Shown here: in pieces, positions 32,940 through 45,105 of the stretch
How the letters are laid out: each line of letters opens with the position of its first letter
Position numbering within the stretch: position 1 is the stretch's first letter
NCBI RefSeq assembly: GCF_000372725.1
Contig: NW_005201287.1
Span: 899,081 to 963,080 of the forward strand
DNA from: Emiliania huxleyi CCMP1516
Lineage: Eukaryota
DNA length: 64,000 nucleotides
Direction of reading: 5' to 3'
Notes under the pieces: model-generated
What the model was told of the DNA's origin: nothing
Databases searched by the model: none
The model's input: the letters and a program-made list of their open reading frames with translations, nothing else
Translations under genes and position numbers: made by a program

Positions 32940-35900
32940 TTAAGGCACAGGCTCGCAGTGAGCAGGGCACTCCTTGGGACGAGACGCGAAGAGAAGCCGC
33001 CGAGTCGCGAGGCACCCGGGCGGACAGTCGCCTCGAAGTGGGGACGACGGTGGCGGCGGCGACGCCAACACCCCTGCCTTCTTGGAAACGTACATCTGCA
33101 CCTCCGCTGGCTCGCCGATGATGTACATGGTGGATGCATCCTTCATCACGATGCCCTCGGGCTGTGCGCCTTGCAACTTGAGCGGGCCGCTGAGCAGCTT
33201 GCCGCTGAGGTCGCTCGTAAAGACCGTTGCAGGGCCGATGCTTCCGTCGTCGATGCCCTCATGCGAGACAAAGATAAGCGAACGGCTCTTGTAGTCGTAC
33301 GTCATGCCTGCAATGTCCGTGGCCACGCCCGAGAGAAGCGCCTGCTCGTCATTTCGGATGGATGACGAGTGCGATTGAATGCGGAGCTAAATGAGAGCCA
33401 CCGCACGCGAGGAGAGAGAGAGGAGAGGTGGGAAGGCAGCGCGCCTGATCGGAGGTCGTGTCGAACACCTCGCCGCTGGCAAGACGCGGCGGGCCGCTGA
33501 AGAGAAGTACTGTCTCGCGCGTGCGCATGTCCACGCGCAGCACGCGCATCGGCAGCTCCTCGGTGAGCGTGTAAAAGAAGCCCGCCGGGTCGTAGGCGAC
33601 GCCCTCGAGGCCACGGTTCGTGGACTTGGCGTCGTCCACAAGGCTGACGGCGTACATGTCCTCCGGCGGCACCGCCGCGTAGTCGACGGTCGCCTCGACC
33701 ACCACGCCATCTGCTGCCCCCATCAGAGGGAGCGTGATGAGAACGAGGTTTAGCCGGCCCTCTTCAGTGACGACGAGCCGCACGCCCGTCGACGTCTTCT
33801 CGACCAGGGCAAGGCCCTCGACGTCGTCGAAGCCGTCCATCCGCACCATGCGCATGAGCTTCGGCGGCGAGGAAGGGGTCGGCAGCGTGTACTCGAAGAG
33901 GCGGACGAGCTTCTCGTCGCCCTTTGCAACGTCGCTATTGAGCGGGTTGTTGTTGCAGAAGATGATCGAGTCGATGTCGCCCGCGCCGCCCGGTATGATC
34001 GCCACGCCGGAGAGGTCCTCTGCTTTGCTGCTCTCCGATAGATCCCATTGCTCGACAAACTCGAACGTGCTCACATCCACTGCCGGCGTGGTGGGGTGAA
34101 AGGGCGGCGGCGGCGGATTTGGTGGCGCCTTTGGCGCCGGTGGAGGGCTCGGCGGAGACGGGAGCGACGGTGGTGCAGGCGAAGGCACGTCGAGGTCCAC
34201 AAACGGGTTGGCCACGCCGAGCGTGCGCTCGTCGAAGACCACAAACACCGCGCTCTCGGCCCAGTTTATTCGGCCGAGGGACTGGGCGGCGGTCGGGTTG
34301 TTGCCGAGGGCGTCGTTCCAGACGCCAGTGCGATCGACGATCATGTCCGCCGTCACGTTCCCCTCTGCCGACGAGAAGAGCACCACGTCGTCCGTATTGC
34401 CGTTGCCGAAGCCGAAGCCGCAGCCCTCCAAGTACGACGCCACCACCGCGCCCGCCGCGTCGAACGTGAAGGCCTTCTCGCCCTTGCACACGACCAGGTA
34501 GCCATGCGCCGGGATCTCCGCCGGGCACGAGCCCTGGCCCAGCACGAGCGCCTTGCCCGCCGCCACCTCGGCCGGCAAGTCGGACACGATGCCCAAATCG
34601 GGCGAGCTGGACGAGTCGTCGAGCGCCATGCCCGCCACGGAGGACGGCGCTCCCACAACGTTGACCAGCTCGACCCAGTCCTCGCCCGCGCAGAGGTCGG
34701 TCTCACTTCCCTGGTTGGTCACCTCGTTGATCAGCACGGCCGAGCTGCGCGGCGCGAGCAGCACGCGAGTGGGCACATGCACGGGCATGTGCATGCATGA
34801 TGCGTGGGCGTGGGCGTGGGCGTGTGCATGACGTGTGCATGTGCATGGACATGGACATGGGCGTGCGAGTGTGCGTGTGCCTGATCCAGGTGGCCGGCGC
34901 GTTGGGTGCGCCAAGCGTGCGCAGGTTGAACACGGCAAACTCGCCGGCGCCATTGCGGCCGAGGGACTGGGCGGCGGTCGGGTTGTTGCCGAGGGCGTCG
35001 TTCCAGACGCCAGTGCGATCGACGATCATGTCCGCCGTCACGTTCCCCTCTGCCGACGAGAAGAGCACCACGTCGTCCGTATTGCCGTTGCCGAAGCCGA
35101 AGCCGCAGCCCTCCAAGTACGACGCCACCACCGCGCCCGCCGCGTCGAACGTGAAGGCCTTCTCGCCCTTGCACACGACCAGGTAGCCATGCGCCGGGAT
35201 CTCCGCCAGGCACGAGCCCTGGCCCAGCACGAGCGCCTTGCCCGCCGCCACCTCGGCCGGCAAGTCGGACACGATGCCCAAATCGGGCGAGCTGGACGAG
35301 TCGTCGAGCGCCATGCCCGCCACGGAGGACGGCGCTCCCACAACGTTGACCAGCTCGACCCAGTCCTCGCCCGCGCAGAGGTCGGTCTCACTTCCCTGGT
35401 TGGTCACCTCGTTGATCAGCACGGCCGAGCTGCGCGGCGCGAGCAGCACGCGAGTGGGCACATGCACGGGCATATGCATGCATGATGCGTGGGCGTGGGC
35501 GTGGGCGTGTGCATGACGTGTGCATGTGCATGGACATGGGCGTGCGAGTGTGCGTGTGCCTGATCCAGGTGGCCGGCGCGTTGGGTGCGCCAAGCGTGCG
35601 CAGGTTGAACACGGCAAACTCGCCGGCGCCATTGCGGCCGAGGGACTGGGCGGCGGTCGGGTTGTTGCCGAGGGCGTCGTTCCAGACGCCAGTGCGATCG
35701 ACGATCATGTCCGCCGTCACGTTCCCCTCTGCCGACGAGAAGAGCACCACGTCGTCCGAATTGCCGTTGCCGAAGCCGAAGCCGCAGCCCTCCAAGTACG
35801 ACGCCACCACCGCGCCCGCCGCGTCGAACGTGAAGGCCTTCTCGCCCTTGCACACGACCAGGTAGCCATTCGCCGGGATCTCCGCCGGGCACGAGCCCTG

Positions 35901-36849
35901 GCCCAGCACGAGCGCCTTGCCCGCCGCCACCTCGGCCGGCAAGTCGGACACGATGCCCAAATCGGGCGAGCTGGACGAGTCGTCGAGCGCCATGCCCGCC
36001 ACGGAGGACGGCGCTCCCACAACGTTGACCAGCTCGACCCAGTCCTCGCCCGCGCAGAGGTCGGTCTCACTTCCCTGGTTGGTCACCTCGTTGATCAGCA
36101 CGGCCGAGCTGCGCGGCGCGAGCAGCACGCGAGTGGGCACATGCACGGGCATATGCATGCATGATGCGTGGGCGTGGCCGTGGCGTGTGCATGTGCATGG
36201 ACATGGGCGTGCGAGTGTGCGTGTGCCTGATCCAGGTGGCCGGCGCGTTGGGTGCGCCAAGCGTGCGCAGGTTGAACACGGCGAACTCGCCGGCGCCATT
36301 GCGGCCGAGGGACTGGGCGGCGGTCGGGTTGTTGCCGAGGGCGTCGTTCCAGACGCCAGTGCGATCGACGATCATGTCCGCCGTCACGTTCCCCTCTGCC
36401 GACGAGAAGAGCACCACGTCGTCCGTATTGCCGTTGCCGAAGCCGAAGCCGCAGCCCTCCAAGTACGACGCCACCACCGCGCCCGCCGCGTCGAACGTGA
36501 AGGCCTTCTCGCCCTTGCACACGACCAGGTAGCCATGCGCCGGGATCTCCGCCGGGCACGAGCCCTGGCCCAGCACGAGCGCCTTGCCCGCCGCCACCTC
36601 GGCCGGCAAGTCGGACACGATGCCCAAATCGGGCGAGCTGGACGAGTCGTCGAGCGCCATGCCCGCCACGGAGGACGGCGCTCCCACAACGTTGACCAGC
36701 TCGACCCAGTCCTCGCCCGCGCAGAGGTCGGTCTCACTTCCCTGGTTGGTCACCTCGTTGATCAGCACGGCCGAGCTGCTCAGACGCCGCATGCCGACTG
36801 CGGCGTTAAGGAACATCAAGAGGAGGCTGACTGGTACGGTCGTCGTCAT
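32940..36849 (-). CDS. Secreted protein: 4 lamin-tail-like domains, Pro linker and SdiA-regulated/YjiK-like beta-propeller
   Basis: Signal peptide; VLINEV..DWVELVN..GYLVV..SLGR four times; DLSGVA, DVEGLA, NRGLEGVAYD, QPEGIV. Confidence 0.78.
34270..36778 (-). repeat. Four near-identical ~670-685-bp exon(+intron) units
   Basis: Exons differ by few substitutions; introns differ mainly in short-repeat copy number. Confidence 0.95.
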
Positions 36850-38924
36850 GGTGGAGGCTCGCACCGGAGCACACGTCCCGTCGGTAATCATCATCCGCCT
36901 CCTTTGCTCCGTCGGCGATTTGGGTTCGACGAACTGTTTTCTCTTCTTCTGTTTGAGAGAGGCTTGCATTTTAAGAATTCTTCTGTGGGTTGCACTGGGA
37001 TAGGGTCGATTCCGCACTCAAGAACAACAAAACTTGAGTGTTTGGTATTTACGATCTATTGCGCTCATCAACGCGAACAATTATTGTTTACGATCTCCCG
37101 CTAACGGATCTTTCTTACCCCACCTACCTTTCTCTTTCTACCTGTATCTCTCTTTCAGGTATCTTCGGCGCCATGCACGGTTGTCAGGGTGCAAAACAAA
37201 AACAAATCTCTCCCCCTTTCCGAGTCTGCAGTCTGTCAGAGCGTCAGTCACTCGGCTCTCGGGTCATCGGAGCCTGTTCAACCTCTCGTTTTTTTTCGGT
37301 TTCGCGAACTTTCGGGGCACCTTGAGCACTTGAGCACTGGAGAGGGTCGATTCCGCATGGTACGGGACCCCTCGATCGTCTCGCCCTCCCTCACTGGTGT
37401 TTTGTTTGTTGTGTTCATTGGGGGGGGTCATAACAAACACGGTACAGGATCGAGGTGCACGCTGCTGAAGCAGTGTCACCTCATTAGATTAGAGATTCTC
37501 TCTCCTCATTAGCTGTTCAGACATAGTTGGTGTCGAGGTGTCGAGGCCAGGGCTCAGATCGTATTTTAGTCTTGTCCTGCCCAGACCATGGCTCAGACTT
37601 TAACCCTTTCGCGTCATAACGCTCCTGGAGAGCAAATCTCGATATATCTCCAGTCGTAGCGGTGGAACTTTTTTTTGGCTCGGTCAATTATTTAGCCATA
37701 TATGAGAGGATCACGGCACAGTGTCGTTTGAGTCGACAGTAACTCTCCCACAGCCCACGTAACTCCGTCTTTTTCAGGCACCCGGAGCCCTCCGCGGCCG
37801 CTTCTACGCCGGCGAAGCACCATCAAGCTGCTGTACGGCCCCGGCATCGCCTCCCCCGGCTTAGCTCTCAGTCAAGATATTGTGCACATGGGCGGCCTCT
37901 ACAATATACTCACTGACACTGAACCTCCCAGAGCTCGTCCCGGTCCGTCACGGCCATCCTCGTCCTCCGGCGGGCCCCCGGCCGCGGCGCGGTGCGGCGG
38001 CGTCACAAATCCGACCACAGAGCACCGGGACGCGGTCGGGCGATCTGAGGCCCAACTAGGCGTATGCATTGCCCATCCAGGGCTATCACCTGGACCTATC
38101 AACAGGCGCCTGCGGCGCCGTGCTCAGGAGTTGGTTTTCACTCGCTCGAAATGTGTACGTAAAAGGGTTAAGACTTAAGTTGTTAAGAGTCAACAAAAAA
38201 GAAAGCAAAGGCGATCCAACGAAAAGAAAAACCTTCCATACGTGTTTGTGCTCCTCCTTCGCTGTCCCATCTCCTCATCTCTTTCCCGCCTGGGCGGGGC
38301 GGCGGGTGGGCGCGCGGTGCGGAGCGGCGTGTGCGTGTGTGTGACTGCGACAAGGGACCATTGGGGTTTGTATTATTACCGGTAACAACGATGGCGCTTT
38401 CAACTCCCCTCCCTCCCTCTCTAGCTCTCTCCTCTCCCTCCCCACTCACTAGAATGCAGCAGCCACCGCACACCTGAAAGCCTTGCTTGGTTACGGTCTT
38501 CTTGTCCCCAGCTGTGGCAGCGTGAAAGTCCGGCTCTTGCTCGAGTGAGGCTTAAGGTGAACTGCGGTCATCACCTGGTGCAACGAAGCAAGATAGGAGC
38601 CAGATCCTCTGCCCACAGCCCTCTTCTCATCTACATTGCCCCGGGCAACTGCAACAGCCTCCACGTTGCCAAGTGCCCACACCTTTGATCCATCTCCGAG
38701 AGTGAAAAGCACAGCAATGTCGTCGTCGTCGAGGCCCCCACCAGGCCCCCACAAAGCCTGCGCGCAGCCTGCGCGTTCCAACCTGTCCCCTCTCGGAGCC
38801 TCATGTGTTCTACTGTGGAGCAGTGTGCTGTGGGGAGAGCTAGGGGAGAGGCGAGGATGGTTTCATTGGTTACAGCAGCTCTGCTATTGAGTATAGCCCT
38901 ATAGCCCCGCGCTAGCCACACGGA

Positions 38925-39057
38925 CGCTCGACACCGCTCGACACCTTGCGCCACGCAACTCGACACCCGCTCGACACCTCGACACCCTCGACACCCCTCG
39001 ACACCCCTCGACACCCCTCGACACCCCTCGACACTGGCAACCAAGCATGGTCTCAGC
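38925..39057. mobile_element. TIR-element end with (tcgacacc) subterminal repeats
   Basis: Repeat array ending ..tctcag; related gtgtcgag..ctcag end at 37529-37557. Confidence 0.45.
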
Positions 39058-40609
39058 CTCGACAGGCCTCAAGACGGCCAAGCACGTGCCGGACGGCATG
39101 CGGGAGCGAGTCAACGATGCGAGGCTCGAGCTCGGAATAGCGGACCTTCTCTTCAAGGTGGCGGGCCGAAAGCGACCGCGAGCGAGCGAAATCGAACGGC
39201 TCTTTCGGTAGCGCTGGTCCTCGGTTCGTGGCCGCGCTGCCATAGACTGAGCCCACGCCGGCGCGACAGCTGTGAGTCCCAGTGGGTGTCGTGAGTGTGA
39301 CCTGTGCGCTGTGGCTGTGCGCGTCTCTTTTGGTCCTTTATTTACGACGATATCTAGGAGGCCTCTCTTACAGACCATGGCTCACTTAAGTGTAAGAAAG
39401 AAAGAAAGTAAACGCGCAGAACTGCACACTCCAGAAGTGGCAAGTGCTCTCCAAGACCAAAAGTTTGAGGAAGAGGATTGAGCGTGCGGGTGCGCCCCGT
39501 CGCCCGTGCGCTGCTGCGCAATGCGCAGCCCAAGGCCAAGCTAGGGCTGGGGGGAGGACAGATAGAGGGCCCAACTTCAGAATCGTGCTTTTTTGGTTAG
39601 GGACCAAAGCGCGAAGGACCAACGCCGAGGCTGGAGGAGATAACGTCAAGGCTAGAGGAGATGGGGCGGGACGGTGGTGGGAAGGGAGGGGCACGGCGGA
39701 ACGACCCCCTCAGAGGCGGCGGGCGGGCGCCCACAGATCTAGAGATAACAAACGCTCGCTCGGCCCCACCAAGTGCCCCACCGGCCGAGCGTGACGCACG
39801 TGACACACAGCCCCGCCGTCCACGAAAAGCGCAGTCGACGAACCTGAATGCGAGCCGTGATTTTGTTGGTGGCTAAGTTATGAGCATACTACATTGCCAC
39901 CTGGATTGTGCGCGCGGAGCGCGCCGGCCCTTACGCGCAGACTCTAGAGCGATATGAATCCGATAGGTTGCCCGCGCACGGAGCGGCGGGAGAGCGCTGG
40001 CTATGCGGGTGAGCTGAGGGAGGTGCGAGAGCTGGGCCGGAGCTAAGGGCCATTACCAGAAATCGCATCTAGCCCTCCTCAACCCCTCAAATAACGCTTT
40101 CTTCGGCGCCAGCAGACTTCGGGCCGCGCGCCGGGCCGCGGACTGGCGGGGCATGTGGCGGGGGGTGCGCGGGTGCGGCTGCGGCGCGTGCGGCGCTTTC
40201 GCGCCGCCTGACACCGCTCTTTGAGCGCGTGTCATACCGGCGCCTCGTCGCACATGATTTGGTCTTTGTCGCACATGACTGAAAGACCCGCAACTTCACG
40301 TGGCTCTAGACAACACCATCAACACCGGCGTGAAAATATTTGAGTGTTGGACATCTTGCGGGAGTACATACCTTAAGGTACGAGGTACATTTGTGGCGTG
40401 TCTCCAGATGCGAGCAGCACCGGCGCGAACTGTGACGGAGCCTGCACGGAAAAACGTTGGGCTCTGCTCAGTAACTCGTGGTATCGTAAGATCCAGGGCC
40501 TGGAGTGTCATCCGGAGTGAAGGGGTCGACGTTTGCCGCCAGATGACGTCGCGGCGCCATGCTGATGGCCTTCGCAGACCTGCACAGACGCGATGGTGAG
40601 AGCAGGAGG

Positions 40610-41344
40610 CTACCGCCCGCATACGGCACACAGGTACAGATGGCGTTTCATCGATACGACAGCATCTATTGGGCCCTGCGAATTCTGCGAGCGGATGCGG
40701 TAGCCCACCTTTGGGTAGACACGCCCTTGGAAAGTCAGCGGCGACCGCCCCGCTGCCCTCCCCTCAGGAGCCTCATCTTCCTCAGGCTGCGGTGCCGGCA
40801 ATCTCCGGAGCTCAGACCTTAACCATGCTAACCGAGCGTCGCACTCTGCGGCAGTGAGTGAAGTGGACAAAAGGTGAGATGGTGAGCGTTTGCTCTCGTC
40901 CATCCGATATGCTGCTCCTCCCCTCGCAACATGCGCCAGCGCCGCAGAGTACTGCAACCACTGCGCCGCGAAATCGTCACGCCTAGCACCCAGCGACGCC
41001 TCGTCGGCCATTGCAGGGATGCATGCACTGACCGCGAGCTCCTCGCTTTGATCGTGAAACGAACGAGGAGCCCCGGGCTCTGAAATTCACAACGAACATT
41101 AAGAGCGTGCTCGACAGAGCGACAGCGCAGCGCACTGCATGCCGTCCGATCGGCGGAGGGTTGGCAGCTGCGCCAAGTGATGAATTGAAGGTACCGGGGC
41201 CCCGATGGATGAATCCAGGGCACCCTCTGCTCGAAGCCCCAGGCTTGGGGTTCGAGGTGGCAGCGGCCCCCATCCAGGAGCCGCCCATCAAAGGGACTGC
41301 GGCAGAAGACGCCCCGATCGCCCAATGTTGCTGCGCGAGATACG
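40610..41344 (-). mobile_element. Degenerate relative of the 14265-16158 element
   Basis: 41102-41314 is homologous to repeat A; an ORF starts ~90 nt downstream at 41011. Confidence 0.55.
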
Positions 41345-41361
41345 TTTCTGCCGGAGCGTTT

Positions 41362-42273
41362 TCTATCTCTTAAGTGCCGGCCAGAAGATCCGCCCTGGGA
41401 TCTTCGGCGCAGGGCGCCGTCACCGGCCCCATGAGCCGCCTGCGAGGCCATTCAGTGCTCATGTGGCACGGCCTGAGCAGGCCTAGCAATGCCTCGGCGA
41501 CCGGCGCCCAGAATTGTTGGTGCTGGCCAGCAACGTGGCCGGCGAGTGCCGTCGTTGCATTGGTGGCGACCACCGCAGAAGCGGTCAGCAGGTGGGAAGG
41601 CATCGCTCTCTTTGTAAGGATATTGTCCGTATTCATTGTCTGGTCAATACTTCTGCCTGGATGGCACCTGTGTGCCCAACATGGCGACCCTCGGCCTCCC
41701 TCGTGAGTCCACCTCACGCTGATCATTCTCGTCGCTAGCTCAAGCCGAGAAGTGGTCCGCCGACACCAGGAGGAGCGCAACCATCATGGCTGCAGCCTCA
41801 GACTGACCGGGTTAGGTCATATCACCGGCGTGGTGGCCCAGAAGTGCGACATTTGCTGCCCGCAGAGCGCTAGCAGCCCACTAGCCGGCACGTCTGTGCG
41901 TCGTGCGGGGCTGAACTTCAGGCACGCTGCACGCGGCTTATCGTGGAGAAGAGCTCAACCCCGGCCAGTGAGTGATGGATCTGATCATAATCAATCCCTA
42001 CTGTGCTGGGGGGCTCACAGATCAGCCGTTCAGAGCTCTGATATTGGTTCCCGGCAGAAGATCCTCTAGAGGATCTTCTGCGTCGGCCAAAAAACCGTGT
42101 TCAAACGAGACACAATGACCCAACAATGACCCCCACGGCCAGCCCGGACATGCAGCCGACCCGGCCTGGCCAGCTGGGCCATCGGGGCGGCCGCCATCGG
42201 CCGTAGGACCGCGCTGCGGTGCCGAAAGGGGCTGGAAGATCCGCCCTGGGATCTTCGGCACTTAAGAGATAGA
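41362..42273. mobile_element. Non-autonomous TIR element
   Basis: 18-bp inverted ends tctatctcttaagtgccg; gaagatcc..ggatcttc palindromes at ~41385, ~42057 and ~42235. Confidence 0.6.
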
Positions 42274-42407
42274 GCTGCCTTTGGAAAAAGCAAAAGAAAA
42301 GATACTACGCTCTCGCACTCGCTCGTCGCCATCGGCCATCGCCCCGGCATCTAGTTCGTTGAATTCTAGTTCGGTCGCAGCTTCGCTCACCGGTCGCTCG
42401 AGACTGC

Positions 42408-43416
42408 ATGCCGCTTTCCACGGTCAGCAAGCTCATCGCGGTCTCATCGTGCAAGGGTGGCGTTGGCAAGTCGACCGTCGCCCTCGAGCTCGCATATCAC
42501 CTGCGCCGTCGTGGCCACCGAGTCGGGCTCTTTGATGCCGACGTGCACGGCCCTTCGTTGCCGACGCAGATTCCGCTCGGCGATGTGCGCCTCACGCTGG
42601 CGGCGGACGGTCGGTCGGTGCAGCCACTGGAGCATGGCGGCGTGCAGCTCATGTCCTTTGGCTGGTTCAGCCGGCTCTGGTCGAGGCGGCCGGCAGCCGA
42701 GATTCGCGTGCGTGGGCCGCTTGCCACCAACCTGCTGCAGACGACGCAGTGGGGCGATCTCGACTACTTACTCATCGACTCGCCGCCAGGCACGGGCGAC
42801 ATCCCCAGCCAAATCGCGAGGCTGCCGCTTCACGGGGCGGTGGCCGTCACGACTCCCTCTCGGCTCTCCGTCGTCGACGTCGTGCGAGGCAGCTTGTTCC
42901 TTCGCCCGACTCAAAAGCAAAGAGACCCACTGATAATCAATTAAGTCCCAAACAGGCATCCTCTTCCTCCGCCGCCTCGGCGTGCCTGTGCTCGCGCTGG
43001 TCGAAAACATGGCCTCCTTCCGCTGCGACGGGTGTGGAAAGGACCATTATCCGTTCGGGCGCGGACACGCCGCCGGCGTGCTCGCCGACGTAGCCGCCGC
43101 CGAGGCGACCGACCCTCCGCCGGCCATCCCAACCTTTGCGCTGCCCATCGTCCCGGACCTCGGCGGCGCGAGCGGCGACTCCTCTGCCGCGCCGCGGCTT
43201 GACGGTGCATCCGCTCCGCTCGAGAGCAGTTTGGACGCACTCGCCGATGCGCTGGATCGCGCCACTTGTGGCGACCCGCCCGCGCTGCTGCCGCACCAGC
43301 TCGCCTTCCACGAGGTGCCGCATTGGCCAACGGAGATGGCGATGGCGGAGTATGTCGAGCAGAGAGTATCGGGGTCCGTGCAGAGCACCCAAAACGAGCA
43401 CTTGCGCGGAACGTAG
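42408..43416 (+). CDS. Mrp/NBP35/HCF101-family P-loop Fe-S scaffold ATPase
   Basis: SSCKGGVGKST, DADVHGPSLP, WGDLDYLLIDSPPGTGD, VENMASFRCDGC; intron 42889-42955. Confidence 0.92.
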
Positions 43417-43490
43417 AGTAACGTAATTTAGTTGCGCGCCGGATTTCTTTTCTCATCCATGCTGGCCCGGTGACTGACTGACTGACATCC

Positions 43491-44803
43491 ATGCTGGCGG
43501 TCTTGTCGGCAACTGCCCTACCCGCCGAGCCGCCGTCGGCAACAGCAGCTGCCGTACCAGGACTAATCGTCGACACCGATATTGGCGGCGGCGGCTGTCG
43601 GGATGTTGATGACGTCGGCGCCCTCGGCGTAGCGAATGCTCTGGCCGACAGCGGCGTTGTTAATCTGCTGGGTGTCGTGCAGAATACACAGGCGACCAAC
43701 TCAACGGGTGTTATCAGCGTGGTGCAGCGCTATTACAGCCGCACTATCCCCACCGGGGTCTACCGCGGCTCCGGCCTCCGAGACCTCGCCGCACTCCCGT
43801 ACGTGGCCGACATCGTGGCGCGCTGGCCGTCGCCGGTGCGAAATTCGTCGCAGGCGGGCTCGGCCGTCAAGCTGTACCGCCACCTGCTCGCGGGACAGCC
43901 GGACCGATCGGTGGCCGTCGCCTCCATCGGGCTCCTCACAAACCTAGCGGCGCTCTTCCAGTCCTCCGCCGACAAGCACAGTGAACCTTTTCTCCGGCGC
44001 GGCAAACTCTGCTGGTCCGGCTCCTCATCGGCCCCTCCTCTCCCGCAGGTCCGCTCAGCGGCCTCTCGCTCTTCGGGCAGAAGGTCTTTCGGCTCGCCAT
44101 CATGGGCGGGCGCTACCCGTCCAGCAAAGGGCAGCGCTGCGAGTGCAACTTCTGCGCCGCCGCGTGGGGTGCCTCGAGAGCTGCCCCTCGCCCGCTCCCC
44201 GAACTGCGGGAGCTGCCCTCGCCCGCTCAGCGGCGCGCTCTCCCCGACGTCAGGCGGCATCGACCACCGAGCAGCGGTGCAGGCCTCCGCGCACGTGGTC
44301 GAGCGGCTGCCCGCGGGCGTGGACGTCGTCTTCAGCGGCCTCGAGGTGCGGCGGAGCACGGCATCGTCAACACCGTCCTTACTGTTCTGTGATTGCTCTC
44401 ACCGTCCCTCGAGGTGGGGCTGAGGGTCGTCACCGGCGCGGCGCTCTCGACGTGCGCGCCGGCCGCTTCGCCGCTGCGTCAGGCTTACGTCGACTACGGC
44501 GGCGGAGTAGACCGAGGGCGCTACTCGTGGGACCTCATCACGACGCACGTCGCCGCAGCCGGTGGCCTGCCGGGCGTGAGGCGCTGCTCGGACTGCGGCG
44601 GCGTCAACGTCGTGGACGCGTCCTCGGGCGCCAACGCGTGGAGGCGCGGCCCAGCCGCCAACCAGACCTACCTCGTCCTGGAGGACGCGGCCGACGCGCA
44701 ACGGGTGATCGACCGACTGCTCTGCCAGCCGCCGCGGCTGGGTGCAAGCGCGCCCAACGACGTTCCCTTTGCTGCTTTTGCACGAGCCGGTCCCATCGAG
44801 TGA
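43491..44803 (+). CDS. Inosine/uridine-preferring nucleoside hydrolase family protein (4 exons)
   Basis: IVDTDIGGGGCRDVDDVGAL, SIGLLTNLAAL, IMGG, ECNF, SWDL. Confidence 0.88.
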
Positions 44804-45105
44804 CATATGAGTGAGTGTGTGAGACTGTGTGAGAGAACAAGAGAGAGAGCTGTGTCGGCCTGTGCGGCCGACCGTGCGTGGTGACTGGTGTGGTCTAGTC
44901 GTGGTGTGTGCGGTGGGCTCGACGAGCTGTGTGGCGCACCGCGCGAGCCGTACGCGGTATCTTGTATTATATGTAGGTGAATCCTACACCTACGCTCAGT
45001 ACTCTCTCTAGATGCACCGCAATATTAGATACGGTTATTACCGATCTCGCATGGTGGGCAGCATGCACCGTGTACTACAACTCTCCAAGAAGAAGAAAAA
45101 GGGCC

